Below the pieces are notes generated by a model. The model was not told where the DNA came from and searched no databases. It worked only from the letters and a program-made list of their open reading frames with translations. A stretch of 63,054 bases of DNA, filler included, from Octopus bimaculoides (Eukaryota), in the NCBI RefSeq assembly GCF_001194135.2. It is 4 parts of 4 records of this genome, joined end to end, with 100 filler letters (N's around TTAATTAATTAA, not from the genome) between each part and the next. Parts side by side here need not be neighbours in the genome. Positions count along the whole stretch, not along the records: positions 1 to 27,011 come from NC_068998.1; 3 more parts are not named here. The stretch is one strand, 5' to 3'. The translations under genes and the position numbers were made by a program. Of this stretch, positions 11,454-24,913 are shown piece after piece. Position 1 is the first letter of the stretch. Every line of letters begins with the position of its first letter.

Positions 11454-12686
11454 TATAAAACTCCATTCTGATTATCTGAAAGGTTTCATTATAAATGAGT
11501 TTACATTTACAGGCTATGGACCTCTCAGCCATAAAAGCAATAAAGTATGGTTTTTAAAAAATTCTTTTTTTTTTTTTTCTATTTTATAACCTAGACATGA
11601 TATTATTTTTATAAATTATAGAATATCCTCTGAAATAATCTGAGTAAAGTGCAGAGGGAGAGGTTGGACTTAGAGAAAACAAAAATTAGATGAGTTCATA
11701 TTCGCACAAGCATGAAGAAGAAAGTGAATAAACTTTTATAAAAGATTATCTCTCGCCAACGCTAAACTTTAACCAGCAAATTCTGGTTAGTTAAGTCTAC
11801 AGTCCTGTCTGCTTATTGATTTCATGTGGAGAATAACATTGCAGCTGTGTACAATGAGGTCGCAGACATTTCCTATGTCTAGACAGCAGCTTTATTGATT
11901 GTTCAGGATAATACTTTTAACCAGTAATTTATTCTGTTTTCTCATACACACTTTCTGTCAGCAACATTTTACAGACATCTTGATGTTTTAACAAATTATT
12001 CCAACTGTCTCCTGAGTCTCCATGATTGTTTTTTTTTTGTTCTTTTTTCTTTGCTTTTTTTTCTCCCCCAACTGAATCTTTAAATGATACTTCTAGAGTG
12101 TTCTCTTGCCGATATAAGGGGAAGGAGTAATGATTAAAATAAATAACACATGCACACATGCCACTTTTAACCTTTGTCGCAAATGAGAAGACTGCAGTCT
12201 TTTTATTGCTCTTTGTTAAGTAGTTTATTGTTCAGCTTATTCAAAAGCCAATTTACTGGGGAGGGAGAGCAGTAGTTAAAACAGACCCTAGAATATTACT
12301 AGTACCTGTGATTATAGTAAAAGAAGTTCCAACTGAATTGGAGATTACAACAGTGAAGTAACAATCATAATACAACCAAACCTACAGTTTGCCTCTCCAA
12401 CTTTCAACATTGCACAAATATCAAAAAGTTTAGCTCTTTATATGCTACTGGTATGAAAGACGTGTAAAAAATACTTCTCTCATCATATATATATATATAT
12501 ATCTTTTTTAAGTTCATTTATGAGAAATGTTTTGAACATGCATATAAAAGCTCCTATTATGTTGGTTATAGCCTACTGATGCCAACTGGTGATACCAGTT
12601 TTTGGGGGTTGCACCAAACTGTGCCAATATAATGTAGGATAAATATAGTAATAACATATTTATAAATTCTTTCCAAGGATTATTAT

Positions 12687-12753
<67 letters not shown>

Positions 12754-14926
12754 CACACATATATATNNNNNNNNNNNNNNNNNNNNNNNNNNNNNNNNNN
12801 NNNNNNNNNNNNNNNNNNNNNNNNNNNNNNNNNNNNNNNNNNNNNNNNNNNNNNNNNNNNNNNNNNNNNNNNNNNNNNNNNNNNNNNNNNNNNNNNNNNN
12901 NNNNNNNNNNNNNNNNNNNNNNNNNNNNNNNNNNNNNNNNNNNNNNNNNNNNNNNNNNGTGATGGGAATGAATCTCCAATCAACAGTAGGGATTCAGTTG
13001 CTCAATGAACTGAATTACCTGCTCCTGAATTTCTGTGTGGCTAAGTGGTTGAGTATTCCACAGACATGAGTACCAATTAACATGGCAGTGTGTGACAAAG
13101 CTATACCTTTTGAATTAATGGTGCAGTCTACCTGATAGGCTTCTGTACAGTTTCCATCCTCTTCATTTCACTCCCAAGCTGGTTAATCTGAAGCTATAGA
13201 AAAAATGACTTCTTGCCCTGAGAAATGTATTTATCGTGGGAGGAAGGTGGGGGTGGGGGAATAACAATGTATAAAGTATCATTGCTGTGGGAGTGGAGTT
13301 TCTGACATTTGAAACAGTCCTTCTTTGGGATTCAGATGAAAAGAGCAAAGAAGGGCAAAGGCACTGCAACACCTCTCCCTATATCTTACTCTATGTATTA
13401 TTAACCTAACAATTAGGATTCCACTCTCACATGTCTCACATTTGTTCTGCCATTATATATAAAAAAAATATCAGTGTTTCCCTTTCCTTTTTTTCTTGCA
13501 ATAATTAGATGAGACTGAATACAAAGTTCACAGAAATTTAGATTTTTAATTAGTCTCTAATTAGGTAAAGAGCAAGTGATTTAAGAAAGTGGCTGAACAT
13601 CAAAAGTATTGAATAATGTAGGAGAGATGGCTGATTGGTTGTTGATCTGTTGTCATGGGAAATGGTTGATGATATACATTGGGTGAAAATGTGCTGTATG
13701 TTGTTGTTGTCGTCGTTGTTTAGCCTTGGATCAAGTTTGAAGTCACAGACTTACATTATTCTTCAATGCCGTTTCTGTTTTTGAAGGTGAATCGACTGTT
13801 GTTTTTAGCAAGTCAAATGAAGATGTAGATCATCTTTCTAGGACTCGTGTTTATTATGGAGGATTTTCGTGGTTTGAGGTAAAAAAAAAAAAAATAATAA
13901 AAAGGAAGGCATAGGTTGGAATATCAAAGTTTTATCTCCAAGAATGGTGGGCCTTGAAGAGAAAGACAAGGATTTGTGATTTCTGTCCAGTTACTGTATA
14001 TCAGATGCATAGAATATGACAGAATAGAAAAATCATCACTAAAAATATTTGTGATTATTATGATACTATGAACATCCTGAGGTTTTACTTGAAATAAGGC
14101 AATTCAGTTTCAATGTCATTTGAAATTTTCTCTCTATAAACCAGCTCTGCAAATTTTATAAACCATATTTCTTCTAAAACTATAGTTACGTTTATGGATT
14201 TGTGTTGCTAGATCCCTGATGCGAAGTCTTGTGTTGAAGTTGTATTGTATTGTATTTCGGGATTTTCATGTTTTTTTTTTGGTGTGGGGGGCCCAAATAA
14301 AAGCACAAGCTATATAGTTGTTCTTCAATGGACATGAGTTAGAATAAAAACAGTAATAAACGAGTGAAGAACAAATATATAGTGCATGTGTTTATTTGGC
14401 AGAAGGAAAAAAGACCATCTCAAAATACAACAATACCTATAGTTAATCTGAAGGGTATTATTTATGACAGCCTTGTGTCATGTTGGTTTTTATTTTTGTG
14501 GTCTGAGGAATAATTTTCATTAATTTCAACTTTTTATTCAAATCAACATTTATGACTCCCAGGAAAGTTGGGTTTTTTTCCCAACCACTGATACTTACAT
14601 CTTATACTCTGTTATTTATTGTGAACTTGTTACTAAAGAAGAGAGCAGACTACAGTAAGCTTGTCACATTCTGTGCTTTCCAAATAATCTCATCTCCAAT
14701 ATGTAGAGTGAGGTGCATTCTAGAAAGTGATATGTGAAAAAGATGGTTTAAGAATACTTGTTATAGCACATTTAGAGAAAACTCCTGTCATTTTGACTTA
14801 ACATGATGCTGGAAATACTGTTGCCAATCTTAATTACTGGAGGGGCCTTGCTACTCAATGTGTTAAGTCACATGAGAGGAACTAAATCATTGCTGCCAAT
14901 TTCGAGGGTTTTGTTATTATTATAGT

Positions 14927-15350
14927 AAGGTGGTGAGCTGGCAGAATCGTTAGCATGCCGGACAAAATGCTCTGTCTTTAGGTTCTGAGGTCAACTTTGC
15001 CTTTTCATCCTTTCGGGATCAATAAAGTACCAGTCAAGTACTGGGGGTCAATGTCATCGATTATCCCCCTTCCCCAAACTTCAGGCCTTGTGCCTATAAT
15101 AGAAAGGATTATTATTATTATTTTACATTAAAAAAAAAAAAGGGCAAGCTGGCAGAATTGTTAGCACACTGGACAAAATGCTTTCACCCGTCGCTACGTT
15201 CTGAGTTCAAATTGCACCGGGATCAACCATACTTTTCATCCTTTCAGGGTCAATAAATAAAGTAGCAGTTGAGTACTGGGGTCGATGTAATCGACTATCC
15301 CCCTCTCCCAAATTTCTGGCTTTGTGCCTATAATAGAAAAGATTATTATT
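14927..15350 (+). mobile_element. Two tandem family-A SINE copies (14927-15107, 15141-15343)
   Basis: Same head, core and tail motifs as 1721-1935, preceded and followed by (ATT)n. Confidence 0.85.
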
Positions 15351-18035
15351 TTACATTCCGTTTGCCAAGGGTTTGATGGGTTTACAATAATGCAGCCTCC
15401 CATACACTTACCTCTTGTGTCTACTCAGTTCTGTTCTGATTTTTGTTTTTTGTTTCTTTCTTGGTGTTTACCCTTGACTATGTGTCACATGCCTCTTTTA
15501 ATACTCTTAGACATGATCCCATCTGCCCCTTTTCTTCAATGACTGGGATGCTCTTCATACAATAGACCATTGTGGTATTATAAACATTTGTTCCTGTCAC
15601 TAAAACCCTACATTTTCTTTTTCATGTGATAGGAGAAACAGTTATTTTCTTCAGATACTGGTTTTAATTGACTCCAACTGGAATGCTATCAGCAGCAGGG
15701 TTTGAACTGAACATGGCAGTTTCAAACAGCCTTCACCTTTTGTACCATCTAAAAATCAATTTACTGTCTAAAGCCAAAATTTTAACTTTAGAAACATATT
15801 TTTCTAATTCCATCCACCAGTTTGTACATCATCTCCCATTTCCTATTCTGCTAACAGTCTTCCGCTGTTGATTATATTTTTCTACTTCCCATTTATCGAT
15901 TTTTTTTCTTCTCCCTCCTCGTTTTAGCTTATTGAACCATCAGTAACTCTCACCAAATTCTCTCAACATTTTCATCAGAGACAAAAAATAAAATGAAATA
16001 AAGCCATATCATATATTTCTGCTGCAATTAATGTTGATTCTTCGTTTTAAACTTGGCCATTTTGTTTTCAGTGAATTTTAAAAAAAGAAAGAAAGAAAGA
16101 AAGAAATATTTGTTGGTGAAGTCTTGGTTGTTGATTTAACCAAGAAAAGCTGAGTGTAATCTCCTCTTTTACTTCATGTTCTTTACTGTGCTACAGAGAA
16201 GTTGGAATGCTAAATATATTTTAATTTTCATTATAGTCAAAATCTAAAATGAGAAGAAACAAAAAAAAAAAAACAAAACAAATGAAACATAATATTCCTG
16301 CTATTTTGGTTCTGCTTTAAACTCAACATTTTTGCATAAATTCTCTTTCATGAACCTCAGCTATTTTCTATATTTTGTCACACAAATCTAGCATGACTGT
16401 CAACTCAGGAATTCCTATAAACAGATACAGCATGGTCTAGCATTTTCCCCCCATCCTCTACTTCTTGTGCATGATGAACAACCAACCCTTTTTTTATTTT
16501 TCATTCCAGATCACCTACTTATTGAATGTTTTTAAAATTTTCAAATGTTTATTAAATTTCTCAGCATTTGGATACCATATGCTAATATGTAAATGTCATT
16601 TATCTGTATGTTAAATATGACTTCCATGATACAGTTATTTTCCATTTGTCATTGTCTCTCCTTCTCTCTCTCTCTCTCCTATCTATCATTACCTCTCTGA
16701 CTCTCTCTCTCTCTCTGTTCTTTCCTTCTTTTTATTGACTGTTTGGTTTGTAAAATGATTATTTTTTTCAGGGTCGAGTCCCCCGTTTTGTGTAAACTTT
16801 ATTTGGTGGCAACAGGTAACATAATGCACATAGAATAAAGACCCCCTTGCAGTATTAGATTTCAACATTGTAGCTGCCTCTGTTTCAAATGTATTGTCTT
16901 TTCTGTCTCACTTTGCAAACATGAATATCCACATAAATTTCTCATCCTATAACTTCCTCACAAAATCATCATTTCAGTCATGACTAAATAGACGACAATT
17001 GACAAAATATTGATGTTTAAAACTAGTTTTAAAATTATTAAACTGGCTTGAGTATATACTTTACCGCTATTACACAGAAAACCTATTCACTGTTATGTCT
17101 ATTTCCACTGAAATACTTACTAAACTCCTATCATGAAAGCTATTGTTTGGTATTGTAAAATATTGATTTATTTTGAACGTGTGCAATCCATTGTATTTAC
17201 TTCTAGTATACTATTTATACATTCTATCTTCATTGTCCCTGAAAGGATTAAATTCATTTTTGATTTTAGTAGGATTTGATCTTAAAATGCACACAGCTGA
17301 AATTAAATAGAGTACTGCATTTCGTGTCATACATCTGTCTTGACTGTGTCCATTTATACTTCTAAGAAGTATTCAGGAAAAAATTTTGTTTTCTAGCAAT
17401 GCAGTATTTCCATGTCTGTTTTGTAGAAAGTAGAGGGTCGTCAAAAGGAAATAGCATAGAAATCTGTCAAACCTCAAATATCTTAATGTTAAGGGGAACA
17501 TATCTGCCATTTTGAATCATCTGATAATATAAGTTTTTTTGTGATGTTCTTGTAAAACGTTCTCCATTTTCAAGTTTGGTAGAAAATGACTGACACAGTT
17601 ATGAAGAATGTTGTCTAAATACCCTAAGCTTTCACTGCTACCCACTTGTTATTTCTGATCCTGTTCAAACATGCTGACAAACCTTGCACAACTTTCATTA
17701 TAAGCTTACATGTTTCTGTATAGCCATTTCTTAATTTCACTTTAAACTTCAGAACATTGAAGAATATTCTTTGTGGCTGCTTTTCAGTTCCCCATAGCCT
17801 TCATGCCATTTTATACTTCACTTGTTAGTTCCAATATCATATCAGTATTTTGTTTGAAAGAATAGCTTCAGTAGGCTATTGACAGACAACTATATTTCTT
17901 ATTAACATTAATCATTCATTGCCATTGTTTGGGTTGCCTTCATGCAACGATGTGTGAGGCAACAGTTCTAACTGACACTATAAAGAACAATGCCCATTTG
18001 TAATCTTTGCTTTTGAAATCCAATATATATTCCAG

Positions 18036-18311
18036 GAAGAGGAGGAGAAAGAGGTCGTAAAAGATGAGGAAAACGAAGAGAAAAAAGATGAGGAAAGTGA
18101 GAAAAAAGATGAAGAAAGTAAGGAAAAAATAGATGAAGAAAGTGAGGAAAAAATAGACGAAGAAAGTGAGGAAAAAATAGACGAAGAAAGTGAAGGAAAA
18201 AAAGATGAGGAAAAAGCTGAAGTAAAAGAGGAGGAAGAGGAGAAAAAAGATGAAAATGAAAAAGAGACTGAGAAGGAAAAAGAAGAGGAAACGAATAAAG
18301 AAGCTGAAGAG
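18036..18311 (+). CDS. Internal exon (92 codons, phase 0-0), E/K-rich: EEEEKEVVKDEENEEKK...ETNKEAEE
   Basis: Acceptor tatattccAG|GAA GAG GAG at 18036, open frame, 8-aa DEESEEKI repeats, donor GAG|GTTATT at 18312 (weaker consensus). Phase matches the upstream exon. The ORF track shows a shifted frame (18250-18474). Confidence 0.8.
18063..18215 (+). repeat. Coding 24-nt (8-aa) tandem repeat, DEESEEKI/K
   Basis: GAYGAAGAAAGTGAGGAAAAAATA-type units, near-identical in the middle and degenerate at the edges. Confidence 0.8.
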
Positions 18312-20580
18312 GTTATTAAAGCATGACGATAATCTAGCTACCCAATATTTACCTCCTCTCTACTCTCTTTCTCTCTCCGGATCAAACTTAACCATAAATA
18401 CTAACCTTTCTCTTCAAAAGACTTTTCTATCTTTTAGTCTGATAGTTCTGTGTTTATCCTTACAAATTTACTAACAACAAAGGGTTTTTAGAAATGATTC
18501 CATCAAAGTCAATTCTTCGCATTAAAACTCCTCGACCACTCTCCTTCATTTATTCCTATTAAGAGTCTCAGAAAAATATATTAAACCAGTGTATTAAGCT
18601 GGTGAATCCCATTCTTGGTTCAATCCTATATTAATGCTTGATTTCACTTACAGCCAGTAGAACTGACTGTGGAACCATTAATAACAAGGAGACATCCAGG
18701 TTCAGTAATGCAATCTGCTGATGGCTGATACATATCCTGGCTCAGTGCGAATGTGTTGATAACCAATACACATCTTAGCTCAGAATTCTGAACATATTGC
18801 TGAATGAGCGACCTAGGTATATTGTAGCTTAGCAGACTGTTTGTATGATGCATTAAGCAAACTCAAACATTTAATTTCGAACACAATGTAAACTCTGAGA
18901 GGTAAGGTCACAAAAGATTAAGACAAGAGATGATAAGCTGTAAAGCATTTATCAAAAGCAAGACAACAATCAATGGACAGTAAAATGTTGATGACTTTCC
19001 TACATGTTTTATTTGATGGAGAAATTATTAATGCCTTAACTAATGGATATATATGAAATATTCTTAGCACTTTTAAAGTTGGGATTTGAGATTCTAACTT
19101 GTAATTACTGACGGTTATTAAATTCCTTGTAGTTCTAGCATGGCAGGTCTTGTCTTGACACAGCTATAAAATCTTGACAAAGTGTACAAATGTGATTTTG
19201 AACCTTCTCCTTTAGAATCGCTTTAACTATTCCTTATTAAATTCTCTTGAGAAAAACATAAGCACCATTGGCTTTCTCTTGGATTCTAGTAGAAAATTAA
19301 TGTGTTTGATGTCTATTGGTGAGATAAAACCTCAGGGGCTGTTTCAAAGAGAGTCAAATGATTCAACCATCTGTTCTGTAGGATAATGCTGGCTTCTACT
19401 TGGAATCAGTCTCTAACCCTTCACTGAAATCATACACACACACACGCATGTATGTGTGTGTATGTATATATATATAATATACATATATAATGTACACATA
19501 TATATATAAGTACATATATGCATGTATAAATGTATATATATATAATGTATGTATAGACATAGATATAACAGTAGTTGTTTGTTTAACCATTTACTAACCA
19601 TAGTTTTGAAGAAGAATATTTCAATTATTATAGCATAAGAGGATTTAGCAAAAAAATCTGTAACATTGTTGTTGTTATCATTATTAGATGCTGTTTGAAA
19701 ATACAAGATTAGATTCTTGTAATAGTTTTTGATATATTTTACAGGCTGGCTTCAAGCTGGTTGATACCCAAAGATGTAAGACTTTCTGTAATTTAATTTG
19801 GTCAATAGTCTTTGTCATTTTTTTCCCCCACAGGATTTTAGCCTAGTCAACTTTATCATCATCATTATATCATCTACAAATCTCACTTTGATCACATATC
19901 TCTTTCAGTTTATTTTGATATTTACTATATCTCTAGTGAAGTGGTAGTTTTTTTATTTTTATTTATTTATTATTATTTTTTTTTACTTTAGAGATTATTC
20001 CAATAATTCAAGTAACTTATTTCCAGCTTCTTAGATTTTAGCTTTCAGCATAGATTAAGTAACTTTCTCTTATTTATTTCTAATAGAGAATATTGCAATT
20101 TTTCTCTTTGAAACCAATCACTCTCTACAGTTGAAAATGGATGGTGGTGGTTTGTGTGGGGGGGGACAACATGATAGCTTATCTTCTAAGAGTTACAAAT
20201 ATCTACAGGTGTTGGAAAAAATGTAAAGAAATGTGGTTTTAGAGTGAGAAACTTAGGTTTTAACTGCATCTTCTTCTCACACAACTGACAAATACTAGAG
20301 TTCCATCTCAGTTGTCAACAGATGATAAAGGGACACACTAAGTGCTGTGGAAATAAGTTCAAATCCATTATGGAGGCACAACATTGTTAAGTGACCAAGA
20401 TAGAAACAAAATGTCTGTTCATTTGAGAGACAATGGCCATATCAACCTGGCCATTGTCGCTTTCTCATAAGTAGCTTAAAATATCCAAAAAGTTAGACCA
20501 GTACATAGACAACCATGTGTTATTTGAAATACAATAGCTGTAAAGTCATGGGCAGAACTACTGATTACATGGCCCAGAGT

Positions 20581-21010
20581 TTAACCCTTTTGATACCAAC
20601 CTGCCTGAAAATGCCCCTAGCTATATAAAACAAACTTCCTCTTTTAAACCAGTCATATCCAGCCAAAATATTCAACCTCTTTTATGCTTAAAGTGGGCCA
20701 GATGTTGCCCCTTATACCGATCCTACAGAATTATTCTAAAAATTAAGTTATCTCATAAAAATCTCAAAAGTTACAAGATAGTGCATGATTAATTCGAAGC
20801 AAGGTGACTAAATAAGCATTACAATTAACAGAATAATCTGAATACTAAAGAGCTGAGGTGATCTAAATTAAAAATGTCCATCAAAATTTTATGTGAATTT
20901 ATGTTCCAAAGACCAGCTTCATAATGACAAAGATAGTTTAATAAGTTCTTTTTTTTTTATTTGTAAAATTAACTGAAACAATGACAATGTATTTTAACAG
21001 AAATATTGTA
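20581..21010 (+). mobile_element. Degenerate piggyBac-like MITE or composite; right end eroded
   Basis: Starts TTAACCCTTTTGAT. Internal CCAGTCATATCCAGCCAAAATATTC matches the reverse complement of part of the 24914-25132 element. Confidence 0.45.
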
Positions 21011-21332
21011 GTAGAAATATTCTACTACAATAGTTGTAGTAAGCAAGATGCACTTGCCTGCTCTCAACCTGCAAAGGATGACAATCAAGTTGAACAGTTA
21101 AAACAGAAGTAAAGACATCCATTTATAAAAACAGAACTGTCTGTTTTAGTACTGTGAAACAAAAGTGATGATTAGGAATTTTTAGTTAGATTTTAATCTG
21201 AGTAAGGGCTGTAACTTCAAAACATTGTTCCGACATTATGCAAATGAACAAATTTATGGAAATCCTCCTAGAGATATTGGTATATTATTGAAGGCTGTAA
21301 AACAGTAAAATGACAGATATACACTTATGTTC

Positions 21333-21379
<47 letters not shown>

Positions 21380-22973
21380 CTTGTGTTAGCTTCAGAATGA
21401 TATACAATATCAATGGTGTTATCTGAGATATCTGAATAATTTTAAGATGCAAGCTGACACCTGTTGGTGAAGATTCTGTGAAGTATGTAACAAATTAAAA
21501 TTAGCCTGTGTAGACCATCACTTCTTATTAGTAATTATTGCCAAAAAAATTTTACAGTTTGGCACACATTTTCTAATTGTTACATTTGAAAAGAACAATC
21601 ACTTTTCACATCTTACTATAACCTAATCATTTTAAACACACCAGCATCACGTGAATGAATCACTGGCAGTTGCTGATGTGGTATGTTTCACCTAAGTCAA
21701 ATCACTCGCCTCATATGGAAGAAAATTACAGAAATCACCATACAGCAGATAACTTCATTTTGATAAATGTAAACATTTTTTACCTTGGTATGAAGGAATT
21801 TTGGTGGAAAAGTCCCAGGTTAGAGAAATTGTGATATTTAGCTCCTATAAATTTTATTGACTGTAAATAAAGTGAAGGTTTGCATTTTTACTTTTGGCTC
21901 AGTGAAATTGACTGGAACTAATAAGACTTCAACAAAGGTCAAAACTACAATTTTCCCATTGTTGATCTTATATACCCGTTCTCTTTAACTTAGAATTTTG
22001 TCATACCAAAAAGAAAATGTATACATGATTCAAATTTATGAAATCCTCGTCTCAATAAATAAAATATTTAAAATTTCATCACAAACTAGGAACTAGAATG
22101 TCTCAAATGAAGCTGAAAAGTGATGAGAAGGTTTGCAGAAGCTATAGGCATAGCTTTTTTTTCTTTCTTCTCTTGTCATTTCAGCATCTTAAAACAAGTT
22201 TTCTTGTTCTTATTTTCCTTTCCTTTTTTTCTATTGAGTTGATTACTTTAGTTGTAATCTTTCTTCACAATTACAGGAATTTTGGTTTACAAAACCCAAA
22301 TTGTCAATTGTATTGTTAGTAAGGTTGGATTTTTTAGCTGTTATTCATTTTTTTTCTCCTTTTTTTTTTTTGAATATCGCATCGAATGAGATATTTTAAA
22401 ACAAACATAATTTTGAGTTTTATTATTTATTTATTTAATGATTTTATTATTTCTTTACTCATTCTGCTTTATCCAACCCAACTAACTGTTGGTGTTAAAC
22501 TATAGAGCATTCATAGCTTATGCTTCTTGACTTTTCTGAAGGTTAATAGAAGACATGTAAACACTAAAAGCAGATCAAGTGATTTTTTTACAGCTATTAG
22601 AGATAGTTAAAAGAATGGTTTTCTGAATTCTGCCGATATAATCAGTTGATTGGTCTATGTGATGCCAATTAATTTGCTGAAAATTAAATGACATCAATTT
22701 TCTGTATGAATACTTTTATAGATTTAATTACAAAATCTAAAATCTTTGTATGATTAGTTTATATATTTGCAGTTTTTTGTTGTTGTTTCTTAGACTAAAA
22801 CTTGGAAAATTTCATCTTTATTGGACTGTTTATTAACTTTAATTAATTAGTTAAAATAGTTTAAGTAGAAAATGTAATTTTCTCAGCAAATAATTTCAAA
22901 CAAAACATAATAATTTTAACCTTATTAATTATTCTTGTTTGTTTTTGTTTTTTTTTTTTTTTTTAATTTTTAG

Positions 22974-23000
22974 GAAAAATCAGAAGAAACGGAAGAACAG
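22974..23000 (+). CDS. 27-nt microexon EKSEETEEQ (phase 0-0)
   Basis: Long poly-T tract then ttttaatttttAG|GAA AAA TCA GAA GAA ACG GAA GAA CAG|GTGTGT. Acidic composition and phase match the neighbouring exons. Confidence 0.75.
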
Positions 23001-23229
23001 GTGTGTTGCTATTTGAATTGGTTAAATATTCTTATTGTTATCATTTCGCAAACATGTTTTAGCTGTTATACTTAGAATTCTTCTGTGTAAGCCATAAAAG
23101 TTTAAAGAAAGCAGTTTCTACATTTCCAGTTTAGAACTGAGAAATTATTATTATTCTTATTATTAGATTATAAGAATTTAAGCTATTTTTATTTCTTGAT
23201 CAAATGTTAAATGTTTTCTTTTTTTGCAG

Positions 23230-23235
23230 GAATAA
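23230..23235 (+). CDS. Terminal coding exon start: GAA TAA (E-stop)
   Basis: Strong acceptor ttttctttttttgcAG|GAATAA in phase 0, followed by about 1.2 kb of AT-rich sequence without recognisable repeats, consistent with a 3' UTR. Confidence 0.7.
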   Translation, partial: E

Positions 23236-24396
23236 AGGTTTCATAGAACAAATACTACAACAGTATCTGTTGGTTTTGACGTCTCTGACTTCATCTTTAT
23301 CTGTCTACAGTCGGATGAGTCCATTATCACACTGTCAACACCAGGTTTCTTACCAGTGATGTCTTTCATGGCTACCTTTTGATTTAGTCACCTTCATCAC
23401 ATCTTAACTTGTATCAACATCGAAAAATGTTCTTACAGTTTGTTGGTATCTTCCCCCTGTCTTAATTCTGTGGAAGCTAAACCAGTTTAAACCTTTAAAT
23501 GTTTTTGTTACAACTCTTACAAATCTGTCAGATACACCCCCCTTCCCCCACCCCACCTCACTATATGTTTCTGTTCTGTTAATTTGTGTTATGACATATA
23601 GAGCCAGAACAAATAACGAATATTTTTTATGTTTAGAAATTTTACTTCACTTATAATTGCATGCAAGTTTGGTCTACTGTTACTTTTATTAGAATTATTA
23701 TGAGTTACATTTTGTCAGTATTAGGTGCTGAGTGTTAAAAACTGGGTTGTTGATTTTCTTTCTCTAAAAATTATTACTTGATGTAAATATTTACCAAGTC
23801 CTGAATAAATTAAAATCCTAAATTTGAACAAAGACCTTTTTTTTTAAGATTTAATTTAGATTCCAGATTAATTTAGGTCTCATCCTAATCAAAAGATGTA
23901 ATCTTTTGAATTTTAATATTCTCATTAATAATGTAATGAATTGCATTATGATATACCAGTTACTTTAAAATCTTTTCAAATTTGACTGCTGTTTGATATA
24001 GAAAGCTTTATAAAATATATCCAAACAGTATGAAGCTAAAGATAATATTACAAATATATAAACTTATATTTTTTAGCGAAACGTTTATATGCAGCTCTTG
24101 TAACCAAAATTCTAGTTTTGAAATAACTAGAAAATATCAGGAATGTTTGTCTATTTTAAAGTTTCTAATTCAAGCAGACTGTTCTTTGTTCAGGAAGCTT
24201 TAATTACACACAATAATGTCCATCCATAAATCTTCTGCTGATATTCTTAGATCCTCTATCTCTCTCTCTCTCTACTTGAATTGTGATTATAATTACTCCT
24301 GCTCAAAGCTTGGTTGCTTTAAAACACCCAAGATTTTCTAATAAAATATTTTCTAAAAGCAAATGTCGTTTTTGTTTTTCCTGTTGTTGAATTTTC

Positions 24397-24402
24397 AATA
24401 AA
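24397..24402 (+). promoter_or_regulatory. Candidate polyadenylation signal of the acidic-protein gene
   Basis: AATAAA followed by T/GT-rich sequence, just before repeat-dense DNA resumes (~24480). Other AATAAA hexamers at 23231 and 23804. Confidence 0.4.
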
Positions 24403-24913
24403 TGTTTAAATTAATGAAAACTATTTATAATTGTTCACTGAGTGTATTTATCGGTTAATTATGGTGTGTTTCAATAGTACGCACTGCACAAATACAGCAT
24501 GGGTTGTGAATAAATATGTATGTGGGTTCAGTCCCGCTATGTGGTACCTTGAGCCAACCAAAGCTTTCATCATCATTTAACGTCTTTTGGAAACTGAAAG
24601 AAACACATTGTATTTACACTTCTCTTGACATGTTATGGCTGTAAACAAGCAGTATTGTTTGTTTTCAGTCTTCCATGAAAAATATGTCTGACCATGGAGA
24701 AATAGTACCTTGCCTGGAAATAGGTGATGGCTGGCAACAGGGAAGGTGCCCAGCCATAGGAAAGCTGCCTCACCAATGCCAGCATGAAAAAGTGGACATT
24801 TATGTAAATCATTCCTCCGTGAAATTAGACCCTATTTGGGCAGCTTATGATGAAAATCAAACTGCTTTTCTTTTATTATTGTAGTCAGGAGGAAAAACAG
24901 GGTCCATCACTCT

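Noticed and set aside
11929-12159. Minus-strand 76-aa ORF with a K-rich stretch
   Set aside because: The K-rich part comes from T-runs. It is antisense within an intron and has no motif.
18250-18474. Basic K/R-rich ORF in the track
   Set aside because: Off-frame reading of the E/K exon; the spliced frame starts at 18036.
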